Shown: one piece after another, positions 30,591 through 41,467 of the stretch
Numbering within the stretch: position 1 is the first letter of the stretch
Layout: the number at the start of each line of letters is the position of its first letter
DNA from: an uncultured virus (IMG/VR IMGVR_UViG_3300044614_000614)
Lineage: Duplodnaviria > Heunggongvirae > Uroviricota > Caudoviricetes
Direction: 5' to 3' (one strand)
Length of the DNA stretch: 64,000 nt
Virus record (IMG/VR): IMGVR_UViG_3300044614_000614
Location: 1-64,000 of that record
Notes under the pieces: generated by a model
What the model was told of the DNA's origin: nothing
What the model saw: the letters and a program-made list of their open reading frames with translations, nothing else
Databases searched by the model: none
Translations under genes and position numbers: made by a program

Positions 30591-31487
30591 TTACCTCTTT
30601 TTTGTTTTTCTTAAATAACTTTTGCCGTTCCATGTGAATTTAGAACCTTCAGGTGCAGCAGCAAATGCTTGGTCAAATGTTTGTTTTTTTGGAGCAAGAT
30701 TAGCCGGTCTTGCTTTTGGAATTGGTGGCTTGACATCTACTTTAGATGAAGCTTTCTGTGATTCCGCTGGAGCCAAAGTTTCTTTTTTCGCTGCTGGATA
30801 ACCTGATTGAGGCGCAACCAAAGAACCAACTTTTGGTTTTTCAACAGGTTCAATTTGTTTCTCTGTTGGACTTTGCTTTTGCATCATGTTCGCAAGTTTA
30901 AATTTTGTATCTGTTGCCATTCCTGCTTTGGCTGAACGAACATTAGGATAAGAAGAACTGCTGTATTCCTTTGTTGTTGAAGCTTTTTTCATATCATTGT
31001 CTTGAGCGCCACTATATGTTCCAAAAACTCTATCTTGAATTTTAGTAGAGTAATCAGGATGTGCAACATATGTTGCTTCAACTTTTTTAGGTTTATATGA
31101 TACTGGTGTGTCCGCCTTTTCTACACCAGTTTTCTTCGGTATAGCAGTTATCTTTTTGCCTGACTGATCATATCCAGCAGCAGCCAAAGCGGTATTAAAA
31201 TTGCCACTAGTATAAGCTTTATCTGGTTTAACTATTGGTTTATTAGAGATGCTTGATGGGTCAAGAGTTTGTCCGTTACCAAGATCATATCTTGAACCTG
31301 TAAAATCAACAGGTTCAAGTCTTTCGGACGGTTTAAACTTAGGTAATTCAGCAGGTTCTCGCGCCTGTATTTTTCTGGTAATTTCATTATTTTTAGAAAA
31401 ACTTTTCATACTTTTGCTAAATCCAGGATCAGATGCTACTAGATCACTGAAACTTTGTTCAATCATAAACTCTAAGAATGTTTTCAT
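30591..31487 (-). CDS. putative head-packaged protein
   Basis: MKTFLEFMIE; C-terminal FDQAFAAA..FTWNGKSY. Confidence 0.6.
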   Translation of the reverse strand: MKTFLEFMIEQSFSDLVASDPGFSKSMKSFSKNNEITRKIQAREPAELPKFKPSERLEPVDFTGSRYDLGNGQTLDPSSISNKPIVKPDKAYTSGNFNTALAAAGYDQSGKKITAIPKKTGVEKADTPVSYKPKKVEATYVAHPDYSTKIQDRVFGTYSGAQDNDMKKASTTKEYSSSSYPNVRSAKAGMATDTKFKLANMMQKQSPTEKQIEPVEKPKVGSLVAPQSGYPAAKKETLAPAESQKASSKVDVKPPIPKARPANLAPKKQTFDQAFAAAPEGSKFTWNGKSYLRKTKKR

Positions 31488-31519
31488 TTTTTGTTCCTAC
31501 TTTACAATTTGTACTGCGA

Positions 31520-33307
31520 CTATATTTTTTCGATGTCATGTGAAAAATAAGCATGATCACGAACATCTTCATTACTATCATTCATAGCTTGTTTGAAATG
31601 TTCCGATTTTGCGCTTGGATGTTGAAGAGCTTCTATTTTCACATTTGGGTTTTTTATTTTACTATTTGATAGTATCGATGTGATGTGATGACTTTTGATT
31701 CTATTAGAATCGCTTCTAAGTAATCTTCGCAGACCTTCTGAATTATCATGAGCATCTGAAACAAGATCATCAACATGTTTGTCCGTAAGATTTGGATGAT
31801 TTATCACAGCTTCAATAACTTTTGAGTTTCCATGTCTTAGACCTTTAGCAATATTATCGAATGAAGCATTTTTGTTACGCATTGCGTGTGGCGCATTATC
31901 TGTATCTAAAGCTTCATCAATATGTTTTGGTGTAATATCGCCAAGACTTAATGCAAACTTTCTTACCATATGATGTGGGTGTTCCATTGCAGACGATATC
32001 AAATGTTTAGGTAATCCTCTTGAAGCTGCTGCAATTGCAATGTCATGATGTGGACTTGATAATGCTTTTTCTAAATGATTTGATGTGACATGTTTACTGT
32101 GTGTTATAGCCGCCGCAGTTATATCAGGATCAGAATCTTCAAAAGATTTGTCTATCAAATGTGCTGGCAAATTTTCATTTGATGACGCGTGCCATCTAAC
32201 AAAATTAACAGGATGACTCATTCCTTTTTCTAATACAGAATGTTGTGCATTTGGATGAGAAAATGCCGCTGCTGCAACAAGATGACTTTTATGATTTGCT
32301 GCTTTTTCTAAATTTTCGGTAGTCACATTTGGATGTTTTATTGCTTGAATACTGACATTATAGTCTTTATCATCTAGTCCTTTATTGATATCATCTGGTG
32401 TAATTGAAGTGTTTTCTGGATGAAACGCGGCTGATCTTACCTCATAATCTGGATGTGACAACAATGTTTTTGTATCACCAATAGCATATCTTCCACCGTC
32501 ATGATATACCATCGGATTCTTTCGATATGAATGGCCTTCTTTGACAGGAAAATTAGTTTCTGACCAATTTCTTACCGTCTTGTCAAAAGATGAATCTGCA
32601 TCACCGTATGTTCTTGATTCTGGTCTAAGAATAGGTTTAGTATATCCACGAGATGTGCTGTGAAATGGTTTGAGAGCTATTCTTGCCAAGGGTCTTTCTA
32701 CTTCTGGATCATCAGAATGGTGCAAGTATGCTACGTGAGTACCTTGACTGACATCTGATTTGAGATAGTGTTTTTCGCAACCACCATCCATGTTCATGCA
32801 AGATGTCCACCCTTGATCAGTTGACATACCAGCAATATGATGAGGATGTCTTGATATTGTAACTTGAAGACCTTTTGATGCCTGTGTGGCACCTTTTCTT
32901 CTTGGATCATTTGTAAAAGCACTCATAACTTCAGGTGAAGCTTTTGTCTTGTTTAAAATCTTACCAATAGAAACATCACGACCATATTTGTCTTTTGCTG
33001 TGCCTTTTCTATAATCAGAGACAGAATAACCATGAGTTTTCAAATGATTTTCAACATCTGGATGCGGCCCTAGTTCAGGTTGACTTTCACTCTCTAATGG
33101 TATTGTAATTTTATGTTGACCAGGTGGAATCACATGTGAAGAAATATCTACAGCATTTGGATGTCCTTCAACATTCGCATTTGGAAATGCTTTAGTCCAA
33201 CCATTCACAGTTTTCTTTTGTCTTGAGTTCAGACCTTCAGACAAAAGACTTACATTGTATCCGTATCCGTGACGGGATTCAAAAATAAAACTTTTAAAAG
33301 TTTTCAT
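31520..33307 (-). CDS. putative head-packaged protein with HEAT/LRV-like repeats
   Basis: MKTFKSFIFE; WTSCM domain; ~24-aa HPN repeats. Confidence 0.65.
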   Translation of the reverse strand: MKTFKSFIFESRHGYGYNVSLLSEGLNSRQKKTVNGWTKAFPNANVEGHPNAVDISSHVIPPGQHKITIPLESESQPELGPHPDVENHLKTHGYSVSDYRKGTAKDKYGRDVSIGKILNKTKASPEVMSAFTNDPRRKGATQASKGLQVTISRHPHHIAGMSTDQGWTSCMNMDGGCEKHYLKSDVSQGTHVAYLHHSDDPEVERPLARIALKPFHSTSRGYTKPILRPESRTYGDADSSFDKTVRNWSETNFPVKEGHSYRKNPMVYHDGGRYAIGDTKTLLSHPDYEVRSAAFHPENTSITPDDINKGLDDKDYNVSIQAIKHPNVTTENLEKAANHKSHLVAAAAFSHPNAQHSVLEKGMSHPVNFVRWHASSNENLPAHLIDKSFEDSDPDITAAAITHSKHVTSNHLEKALSSPHHDIAIAAASRGLPKHLISSAMEHPHHMVRKFALSLGDITPKHIDEALDTDNAPHAMRNKNASFDNIAKGLRHGNSKVIEAVINHPNLTDKHVDDLVSDAHDNSEGLRRLLRSDSNRIKSHHITSILSNSKIKNPNVKIEALQHPSAKSEHFKQAMNDSNEDVRDHAYFSHDIEKI

Positions 33308-33594
33308 TATTTCTTACCTACGGGTGTTTGAGTTGTATTTGTTTTTTCTATTTCTTCACCATTCATTATTCTTGTAATCTTCTCTTGTCCACGAGTCCAT
33401 GCCGCAACACCAATGATAGCTGCCATAGCAAGATGATAGAAACCGCCTTCTTTCAACGTGATAGGATTCCATTGCTGTTGTGAGAAATACATGAATGCTG
33501 CTGGAAAAATGATGAAGTCAAAAATACATACTGCAAAATATTGCCATGCAATCGCAGGTCTCCAATAAGATTTTAACCAACTTTCTTCGTTCAT
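33307..33594 (-). CDS. holin-like membrane protein
   Basis: WRPAIAWQY...GVAAWTRGQEK; next to endolysin. Confidence 0.6.
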   Translation of the reverse strand: MNEESWLKSYWRPAIAWQYFAVCIFDFIIFPAAFMYFSQQQWNPITLKEGGFYHLAMAAIIGVAAWTRGQEKITRIMNGEEIEKTNTTQTPVGKK

Positions 33595-34112
33595 CTTAAC
33601 CTCGCAAACTGCCAGTGCATACCATCACAACGGCGCTCATCTAGTGTGTTACCGTTACCGTTCCAATCACCGCCCCATACTGCACCAGTTTTCTTCCATG
33701 CATCAAGCACTTCAGGAAATTGTGCAAAGCGAGGAGTGTTATCACCTAATCCATTGTTAGCAGGGTCAAGATCAATCGCACATCCCCATGAGTGCATTGA
33801 TAAGTTATTGCCACCACGCATCAATCGATAGTTATAACAACCAGCAAAGATTGATACACCCCAGTGATCAAGAGTTGCCTGCTTACCGCCTGCTGCATTG
33901 AGTAGATTGTTGAATGCTTCTTGGAAACCAACAAGACAGTTCTTGTTTACCTTAAACTGCGATACTGGTTTGCCAGCATATGTGATACGAAATGGCGGTT
34001 TGAAAGAAACAAGATATTCTGCTTCCCACTTTGCAGATGCTTGAGTTACATTCTTACCACGAGGATTACCATAGAATGAATCGCAGTCACGTTGTAATGG
34101 CCATGTTGTCAT
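33591..34112 (-). CDS. M15 family peptidase (endolysin)
   Basis: R..SMHSWGCAID..WGGDW..DGMHWQ. Confidence 0.88.
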   Translation of the reverse strand: MTTWPLQRDCDSFYGNPRGKNVTQASAKWEAEYLVSFKPPFRITYAGKPVSQFKVNKNCLVGFQEAFNNLLNAAGGKQATLDHWGVSIFAGCYNYRLMRGGNNLSMHSWGCAIDLDPANNGLGDNTPRFAQFPEVLDAWKKTGAVWGGDWNGNGNTLDERRCDGMHWQFARLR

Positions 34113-34122
34113 ATCATTATCC

Positions 34123-34878
34123 TTATTGTTTTCCATAACGAGCAAATGTCATTGCACCTGTTCGTTCGTCTTGCAAAATGATTGGTTTGTTCTTTGTCTT
34201 AGGATGATTGGCATACTCACGAATATCATGATAGTAATCATCTTCTTCCAAGTATTTGCGCCAGTGTGTACCTTTGCGCTTTTGTTCTTTGATCTTATGG
34301 AATCTATCTGACGATACTTCAAACGTATCCCATTTACCAAATGTGCCGCGCTTTGCTCTCTTTATCATTGGCATCATCTGTGCAGGTCTACCTGGTTCAC
34401 CTTGAGGACCAACACCAAGTCCTGCAATTTGACCTGAACCAGCAGTCATCTCTTCTTCAAGACCAACTGCTTTCTTAGCCAGTCCTACATAGTAAGGAAT
34501 TTTTGCTGCTTTTTCACCTGCACCGATTGCAGAACCTATAGCGCGGCCAACAACAGGTAATTCAGGAGCAAAAGCAAGAGCAGCATATCCTGCAATATCA
34601 CCTGCTGCCGCGGCTTGAGGATTTTTGATATCGTCTCTGGCAAGCTTTTCTTTTTCTTGTTCAAGTTCTTTATTATACGTTGTGCCTTTACCATATCCTA
34701 ATGCACTAGCAGTGTTCTTAGCTGCATATTGAGCAGCGGCGCTTGCATACTTTGCTCCACCAAAAGTGGCAGTATCAGCAGCATTTCTTCCAAAAGCATA
34801 AACTGAATCCGCAGACGGAAGATAATCCATTAGACCTTCGTCAACTTGTTCTTTACGTACTACTTTATATCTCTTCAT
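34123..34878 (-). CDS. hypothetical late/virion protein
   Basis: ORF track; VDE and LEE motifs. Confidence 0.6.
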   Translation of the reverse strand: MKRYKVVRKEQVDEGLMDYLPSADSVYAFGRNAADTATFGGAKYASAAAQYAAKNTASALGYGKGTTYNKELEQEKEKLARDDIKNPQAAAAGDIAGYAALAFAPELPVVGRAIGSAIGAGEKAAKIPYYVGLAKKAVGLEEEMTAGSGQIAGLGVGPQGEPGRPAQMMPMIKRAKRGTFGKWDTFEVSSDRFHKIKEQKRKGTHWRKYLEEDDYYHDIREYANHPKTKNKPIILQDERTGAMTFARYGKQ

Positions 34879-34946
34879 CTTTTCTCTTGACTGCCTCTTG
34901 ACACGACACTACCATGGCTATGTCCACCATGAAATGAATACTTTTA

Positions 34947-35333
34947 TTATAACTCTTGTAATCTTCTACCTACTATGATGTCTATTCCAATGTCTGATGA
35001 GTTCATATACTTTCCTTTGATTCCATTGATATGCTGGGGCATAAAATTCAGAAACAATAGAAACGTCTTTAGTATATGGAAGTCGTTATCATCAATCTTG
35101 TAAAACAGCATTCTCACAGCAGGTTCAACACCAAACACATTGGTAAGAACAATTATATGATTGAGTATCAATCTCTCTTTCAGTTCACCTGTACTCTTAT
35201 ATCTCTTGATAAGTCTCTTAACATACTTTAGTCTTTTGAAGTCTTCTTCGAATTCACTCATGATGCAATTTGGTTTATCATAAGACTTCATCGCATATAG
35301 CATAAAGTTGTCATCATTTAAGTTTTCAATCAT
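34947..35333 (-). CDS. conserved T4-like phage hypothetical protein
   Basis: EFEEDFKR..LKERLILNH. Confidence 0.75.
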   Translation of the reverse strand: MIENLNDDNFMLYAMKSYDKPNCIMSEFEEDFKRLKYVKRLIKRYKSTGELKERLILNHIIVLTNVFGVEPAVRMLFYKIDDNDFHILKTFLLFLNFMPQHINGIKGKYMNSSDIGIDIIVGRRLQEL

Positions 35334-36009
35334 TTTTTAACTTGGCTTGAATCCTCTTCATCATATTGACTTTAAGTTTTGCCTTATCATACTTCTTATC
35401 ATCTATGTACTCACCTGCTTTCTTGGCAGCAGAGCCATGCATCTTGACATATTTCCAATTACGATCATAATCGTTCTTGAAGTCTTTAGCTTCTTTTATA
35501 TAATTATTTGATTTATATGACTCGTATGAGTCTGAAGCATCTTGCTCTTCATCATAGTAAGAGTCATCACCATCTTCCATTTCACCTTCGATATCTCCCA
35601 TGATGTCATCAAGTTCTTCTTGGTTGACTATTTCGCAGAAGATATCAAATCCACCTTTATCATTCATTGAGTATTCAAAGTAAACGAAATATGGTGATCC
35701 TGTCTTCGTGACAACATCACCATTATTTCTCATGCCTATTCTTTCACCAAACTGATTGATTTCGAAAATCTCATGACCAGAATCTCCAGCAAGAAAGTTT
35801 GTTGCAGGAAGACCGATATGAAATGGTGCAAGAACTTTACGTACCATTTCTAGAGCATGATAAGGTGTTGCATATGGTCTAGCAGTGATAGCCGTCAAAT
35901 GAATATTGATGTTATCTCTAACAGGACCATTATCAACACCCACAAAGCCTTTCTCGGTCTGAGCATAAGGCATCATTTCTTCATTTAGTATTCTTCGAAA
36001 TCTTAACAT
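35326..36009 (-). CDS. hypothetical late protein
   Basis: ORF track. Confidence 0.65.
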   Translation of the reverse strand: MLRFRRILNEEMMPYAQTEKGFVGVDNGPVRDNINIHLTAITARPYATPYHALEMVRKVLAPFHIGLPATNFLAGDSGHEIFEINQFGERIGMRNNGDVVTKTGSPYFVYFEYSMNDKGGFDIFCEIVNQEELDDIMGDIEGEMEDGDDSYYDEEQDASDSYESYKSNNYIKEAKDFKNDYDRNWKYVKMHGSAAKKAGEYIDDKKYDKAKLKVNMMKRIQAKLKND

Positions 36010-36026
36010 GTCATTATGCCTTTATA

Positions 36027-36623
36027 TTAGGTGCCTGGGAAGTATCTATCGTCAGCAGAGTTATCAAGTGTGATTGAGCCCATTGAAACAAGAGTTTCAT
36101 AGTTTACACGACCTGCACGACCACCGAGTGTTACTGCAAATGTTGCTGGAACAATGTTTGCGCCGCCTGCAATTACTGTAGGTGCAACATTGAATCCTGC
36201 ACCACCATTTACAATAGTAATTGTGGCAATGGTATTCAGACGAGCATTTGATGAGAATGATTGTAATGTGTTCAATGAGTTTGCAATTGTATATCTAACA
36301 TTTATTGTTCCATCGCCGCCACCAGAAATTGTCAAGAAACCAGCAGAGTTATATCCTTCGCCGCCATTTGTAATAGAAATAGAAGTTACAGGACCTGTGC
36401 CGATCTTTTGTGATACCCAACCAGCATGTGCTGGATGATGACCATCTGCTTGTGCTTGTGTGTTTGCTTGTTCTGTTGCAGAAACACCCCATACAGCACC
36501 ATAGTACTTTGAGGTATTTGCTTTGTCGCCATTGATAGTAGAGTTTGATATTGAGTATGTGGTATTTGCATATACAGGTTTGTTATTACCTGATACGTAA
36601 TCTATATTTCCCCAAAGTGACAT
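36027..36623 (-). CDS. putative virion structural protein
   Basis: MSLWG..HAGWV..ETLV; NGGxGY/F repeats. Confidence 0.65.
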   Translation of the reverse strand: MSLWGNIDYVSGNNKPVYANTTYSISNSTINGDKANTSKYYGAVWGVSATEQANTQAQADGHHPAHAGWVSQKIGTGPVTSISITNGGEGYNSAGFLTISGGGDGTINVRYTIANSLNTLQSFSSNARLNTIATITIVNGGAGFNVAPTVIAGGANIVPATFAVTLGGRAGRVNYETLVSMGSITLDNSADDRYFPGT

Positions 36624-36626
36624 TGG

Positions 36627-37040
36627 TTACTTCTCCTTGTTTTCTTTTGTAATGTTTATTTCTTTGTTGGCAGGACTTTTATCTTTTGGAGATAAATCAA
36701 CGACATCAGATGGTTTTCCTGTGTCAGTCTTGCCTGTAGGCATCGTTTCTTCATCATAACGGCCTTTCATTCTTTGTTGACCAGCTTTTTGCCACGTTCT
36801 TTTGCTAGGTATTTTTTTCTGATAGAACACACTTCTTCTTCTTTTATGATATGTTCCACCAAGAACTTCATCAATTTGCTCTTCTTCTTTTACATGATAA
36901 TACTGATTAGAGCTTTGTGGATCTTCGCCGTGTGTACCTTTATGATGAGCCGGATCAAATGGACCTGGTTTCCCAATGAGTTCATCAAGCTTTTGCCTGC
37001 GAATTTCTTTGATCATTTCGGCAAGTTGCTTTCTGTTCAT
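36627..37040 (-). CDS. hypothetical late protein
   Basis: ORF track; IDE motif. Confidence 0.6.
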   Translation of the reverse strand: MNRKQLAEMIKEIRRQKLDELIGKPGPFDPAHHKGTHGEDPQSSNQYYHVKEEEQIDEVLGGTYHKRRRSVFYQKKIPSKRTWQKAGQQRMKGRYDEETMPTGKTDTGKPSDVVDLSPKDKSPANKEINITKENKEK

Positions 37041-37045
37041 GTGTA

Positions 37046-38332
37046 TTACTTCTTCTCTCTACGAGCTTGAAGAACAGCAGCAATAGCAGCCTTACGGCGT
37101 TCTTCAGAACTTCTGCCGGCTAGTTGCTTGCTCTTAGATGCGCGAAAATCTCTGATTGCATCACCGATGTCGGTCTTGCCGGTAATTTCTTCACCTAAAT
37201 CATCAACTTTCATACCAGTAACAGCTTTTTTATTAAGCAGGTTAGACCTTTCGCGCCAGCTATCGCTTTTTAGACCATGCTTTTCACGTTTTTCAATGTA
37301 CTTTTTATTTTTTCTTTTATCTTCTTTTGCCTTGGAATCATAGTCTTCTTTTAGTCTATCCATCTCAGATTTTTGTTTTAATTTTTTACCAATTTTATGT
37401 GTTGGTTTCCATTTACCATCTTCTGGATCTTTTGAATATCCTTCTCTTTCAGATTTTGGTGGTTTATCACCCCAATTTTCATCAAATTGTTCTTCTTTTA
37501 CATTACGTGGTAGAATTTTCTTTGGTTCCATATCAGGAATTTTTTTACGAGCAGAACGAACAGCATCTTCCATTTCCTTAGAACTCATACCTTTTTTATA
37601 AAGTGATGATGTAGCTCTTTCAATTCCTTTATTATATTTACTCAAGATAGCTCTTCTACCTGTCTCTGGCTTTCTGTAATATGTTCTATTGAATTCCTGA
37701 GCAGTATCAACATCTGAATCAGCCTTAGCGAGATAACCTGCATATGTTCCTGGAGATAGCTCATTAAGTTGTTCTTCTTTCATTGTGCTTGGTGAAACTG
37801 AAGAAGAGTTTTTACCAGTTCTTGTTACAACTGAATCACCTTGCTTTGCGATATTTTCAGCTCTACCCATGCCTGGAGCAAGATTATTTCTTTTACCTAC
37901 AAGATTTACAGTCTGTACTTTGTCTTTTGCATAATCAGGTGTACCTGTTGCATAGTCTGGTTTCTTTATGCCAATAGATGATGGTGAGGTTACATCTGCT
38001 TCTGACTTATCTTGCTCTTCTAGCTTACCGGCAGCGGCAAGCTTCTTATGATGACCAGCACGAGCAAGTTCTAAATCTCTACCTGTAAACTCTGGTTTAC
38101 CATCAAGACTAGCGAATTGTTGCTTTGTCATCTGAACTTTTTCATCAAGAAGAGCAGCGGTAATGTTCTGCTCAAGAATAGCAGTGTACTTTTCATGAAG
38201 CTCATGAGGTAGGTTATTGATAGACTGAATACCAAGTTCTTCGTTTAAGTTCTTGGTTACTGTGCGACGAATCTCATTTTCAAGCATGATCTTCTGTACT
38301 GATTCGATCAACGGATCTTTCTTATTAAGCAT
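37046..38332 (-). CDS. putative processed head protein
   Basis: Repeated LNE/LDE/LEE/LKE; LNELS motif. Confidence 0.6.
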   Translation of the reverse strand: MLNKKDPLIESVQKIMLENEIRRTVTKNLNEELGIQSINNLPHELHEKYTAILEQNITAALLDEKVQMTKQQFASLDGKPEFTGRDLELARAGHHKKLAAAGKLEEQDKSEADVTSPSSIGIKKPDYATGTPDYAKDKVQTVNLVGKRNNLAPGMGRAENIAKQGDSVVTRTGKNSSSVSPSTMKEEQLNELSPGTYAGYLAKADSDVDTAQEFNRTYYRKPETGRRAILSKYNKGIERATSSLYKKGMSSKEMEDAVRSARKKIPDMEPKKILPRNVKEEQFDENWGDKPPKSEREGYSKDPEDGKWKPTHKIGKKLKQKSEMDRLKEDYDSKAKEDKRKNKKYIEKREKHGLKSDSWRERSNLLNKKAVTGMKVDDLGEEITGKTDIGDAIRDFRASKSKQLAGRSSEERRKAAIAAVLQARREKK

Positions 38333-38372
38333 TGTTGTTATTCCTTTTTGGTTTATCTATATTTATTGAATT

Positions 38373-41288
38373 CTATTCTTCGCAATTCCATCTACGGAGT
38401 GCTCTGTTGATATCTGAATCTGGGTCTCTGGCTGTCTTAGCAGAAGTCAAACGCTTCTTCATGCCTTTCATACGGCGACAGAATGACAATCTGCGCTTCT
38501 TTCTTTTGCCTGTTGGTTTCTTTTCAGTTACTGCTGTCTGTAGTTTTGAACCAGGATTTTCACGGCGATATGCATTGACAGCAGCTTGACTTAGACCATC
38601 TGTCTTGTCTTTACGATTAACTTTCTGCCAGTCTTCATCAACTTCCATATGAGGTCTATACATACCAATACCAATTGGTTTTATGTCCATAATACCTTTA
38701 TCGAAGGACTCTCTAAGCTTTCTGATAGATTTTGTTCCAGAATGTTCACAACCACAACCAGCTTCTTGAAGTCTTTCACATGCTTCTAATAGCTTTGTTA
38801 GTGCAGCTTCACCATACTTTTCAAAGAACTTTCTTTGTGTATTTTCTTTAAGTGCCCACTTACGAATTGATGGTGCAGCTTCTGCAAGTGTGCTACCAAT
38901 CTGAGAGAATCCAGTAACAAGTGCTGGTGATGCTCTTAGTGAGAATGTAGGTCCAAGACCATCGTTCATAGATGCAAGATCAAATGCACCTTTTGGTAGA
39001 CCAGCATCTTCTTGTGCTAACTTCTTTCTTTTTCTTGCATCTGGTACTTCTGCATTAGGTTCTTGACCAGGTGTCATTGTCTTGTAGATCATCGCTAGTG
39101 AGTTTGAACCAACTTCTCTATTAGAAGGAATTTTAATATAATCTTCAAAGTTCTCATTGATATCTTCATTGACTGGAACACAATTAGGCACCATACGGTA
39201 CCCCTTCTTCTTCATACCTTCCATCTTGTATCCGTCCCAACAAGATCCTCTTTCTTCATTTACTGCTTTCCAACCACCACCTTTTGACTTATACCACTTT
39301 GATGCCCAACCGTTCGCATAGGCAGATGGATACACATCAAACTTTGATTTGGCCAATGACTTTGCTTTTGACCATAGTCCTGGATTAGTAGGGACATTTT
39401 TTTCTTCTAGATATCTCATTGTTTCTTCCTTAGTTAATTTGCCCTTACCAAAATTTGAAACATTGATAGGTTGACCTTTTCTTTCTGGATTTGGATCGTG
39501 TTTTCTTTTAGCTACAACAGCCGATGCTCTTTCTTTTTTCGAAAGCTGCGCTCTCTTCTTCTTTGACATACACTTTGGTTTTGGTTCACCTGGTTCTCTT
39601 GCACAAGGACCTATTGCTTCACCTTTACTATTAATTCTTTTCCAATCACCTTCTGGATGTGTTTTGCTGAACCACTTACGCAAGTCTTCACTAATGTTTC
39701 TTTGGAACTTACCGTTCTTTTGTGTGAAAATTTCTCTTTTACCACCAATGTTTCTACCGAACTGATTATTTCCATAATAAGACATACCGTAGCGTCTCGC
39801 TTGCATCAACTGTTCTGCTGGTGGTCTTAAATATGCTTTTGGTGATTCGACTGATCTGTCTGCTTGTGGACTCAATACTGTCTTTGGTGGTACAAACTTT
39901 GTGATACCTCTTTTCTGTGTCTCACTCTTTATCCACTGTTGACCTTCAGGAGTCTTTACTGGACCTTGAGCAAATTGAGATACCATGTTTCTTACACGAT
40001 CAAAGTGACCGTCAAGCTTTTCTTTTTCTTCTGGTGTTGCTTTGTTATAGTCTGCTGTATTATCAATCGTCGTAAATTTATTATCACCAAAAAGCTTTCT
40101 GAAAGTTTCTTTATTTTCTTGAGCGGCACTCCACTTCCATTGACGAATGTCTTTTGAACCATCTGGTATACCACTCTTGTCTGTGCCGTCAGGTACTTTT
40201 CTCTCACCTTTTTTACCTCTAGCTCTATTTCTTAGCTTTGAGACTTCATTGGATGTGTCTACGAAAACCATCATTGTTTCATAGCCAAGACCTTCAAGTC
40301 TGTCTTTGATTGACTGTATATGATCTACGCTTTCTGCTGTACCATTGATGATGTGTCCTTGACGACCGGCAAGTGTAGATCGTTCAGTTGCTTTTCTGAT
40401 CTCTCTGGCTCTACCTAAAAGCTTTTCTCTTTCATATTTTTCAGATTCAGGCATCTCAAAATCAAGACCGCCTCTTCTCATCAAGTGTTCTAGTGCTTTA
40501 TCAGAATTAATTTCTCTTAGACCATGACCTGTTAGTGATCTCTTCATAACAAAGTCTTTACCTGAACCTGGTCCACCAGCAAGAAACACAGCTTTCAACT
40601 TTGCGGGATCATTGATACCTTCAGCAAGTTGTTTGCCTTTATATTCTTCTTCCTCTTCATCATCCATCCAATCACGAAGTTGACCTTGCCACAAATTGTT
40701 GGTATGATTAGACTTCATTTTCTCGGTATCAGCAATATTTTGTATTAAATAATGTGAAGTCACTGTTGGTGAAGAATCACCGGTCACATATCCCATACCT
40801 CTGATTTCACCACCAGATGCATGATTGGCAGCGTGATCTTCTATCACATAACTCTTACTGAACATAGAAGGATTGGCTCTAGCAAACCAGCGCATGATCT
40901 TACCTGCTTCAGCGTTTGCTTCGTTTTCGATATCTGAACCTGTCTCACCTTCTTTGGCTATATCTTTTCCTAAACGACCATCTTCATTCTGCTTGTGGTG
41001 TACAAGTTCGTGAGCAACAGAACGGAATATATCCATTGGATGCCTGTTCATTGTGCAGATAGAGAGTTCATTTGAGACAGGACTATATGCAGCAAACGAG
41101 TTGTAATCGTCGCTTTCATCTTTATATCTGATGTTTGGGAGAGACTTTAGACCTAGCTTATCTGAAGCAAAAGAAACAAAAGAATCAAGCATGGGTGCTA
41201 GTTCTTTTCTTGTAACTTCTTCATTTAGAAGAGTTTTTTGACGGCCAGACTGTTTGACCTGTTCATATATTGATTTTAAATTTTTCAT
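38373..41288 (-). CDS. multidomain polyprotein-like head protein (HExxH, zeta-toxin-like P-loop, several small domains)
   Basis: HELVHH; GGPGSGK; modules bounded by (I/L/V)xE; TACTAAATA upstream. Confidence 0.7.
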   Translation of the reverse strand: MKNLKSIYEQVKQSGRQKTLLNEEVTRKELAPMLDSFVSFASDKLGLKSLPNIRYKDESDDYNSFAAYSPVSNELSICTMNRHPMDIFRSVAHELVHHKQNEDGRLGKDIAKEGETGSDIENEANAEAGKIMRWFARANPSMFSKSYVIEDHAANHASGGEIRGMGYVTGDSSPTVTSHYLIQNIADTEKMKSNHTNNLWQGQLRDWMDDEEEEEYKGKQLAEGINDPAKLKAVFLAGGPGSGKDFVMKRSLTGHGLREINSDKALEHLMRRGGLDFEMPESEKYEREKLLGRAREIRKATERSTLAGRQGHIINGTAESVDHIQSIKDRLEGLGYETMMVFVDTSNEVSKLRNRARGKKGERKVPDGTDKSGIPDGSKDIRQWKWSAAQENKETFRKLFGDNKFTTIDNTADYNKATPEEKEKLDGHFDRVRNMVSQFAQGPVKTPEGQQWIKSETQKRGITKFVPPKTVLSPQADRSVESPKAYLRPPAEQLMQARRYGMSYYGNNQFGRNIGGKREIFTQKNGKFQRNISEDLRKWFSKTHPEGDWKRINSKGEAIGPCAREPGEPKPKCMSKKKRAQLSKKERASAVVAKRKHDPNPERKGQPINVSNFGKGKLTKEETMRYLEEKNVPTNPGLWSKAKSLAKSKFDVYPSAYANGWASKWYKSKGGGWKAVNEERGSCWDGYKMEGMKKKGYRMVPNCVPVNEDINENFEDYIKIPSNREVGSNSLAMIYKTMTPGQEPNAEVPDARKRKKLAQEDAGLPKGAFDLASMNDGLGPTFSLRASPALVTGFSQIGSTLAEAAPSIRKWALKENTQRKFFEKYGEAALTKLLEACERLQEAGCGCEHSGTKSIRKLRESFDKGIMDIKPIGIGMYRPHMEVDEDWQKVNRKDKTDGLSQAAVNAYRRENPGSKLQTAVTEKKPTGKRKKRRLSFCRRMKGMKKRLTSAKTARDPDSDINRALRRWNCEE

Positions 41289-41467
41289 TTTCCCTCTATA
41301 GGAATATACAATTCTTATAGAGTATTTAGTATTTTACTGTTCTGATTCCATGGCTTTGTGCCAGTAACTATCTACTATTCTCTTACATTCATCGTCATCA
41401 TAACTCTCAGGTACTTTTACACCTTTCAGCTTGAACCAAATGACATTTGCTATTTCACGATAAAAAT

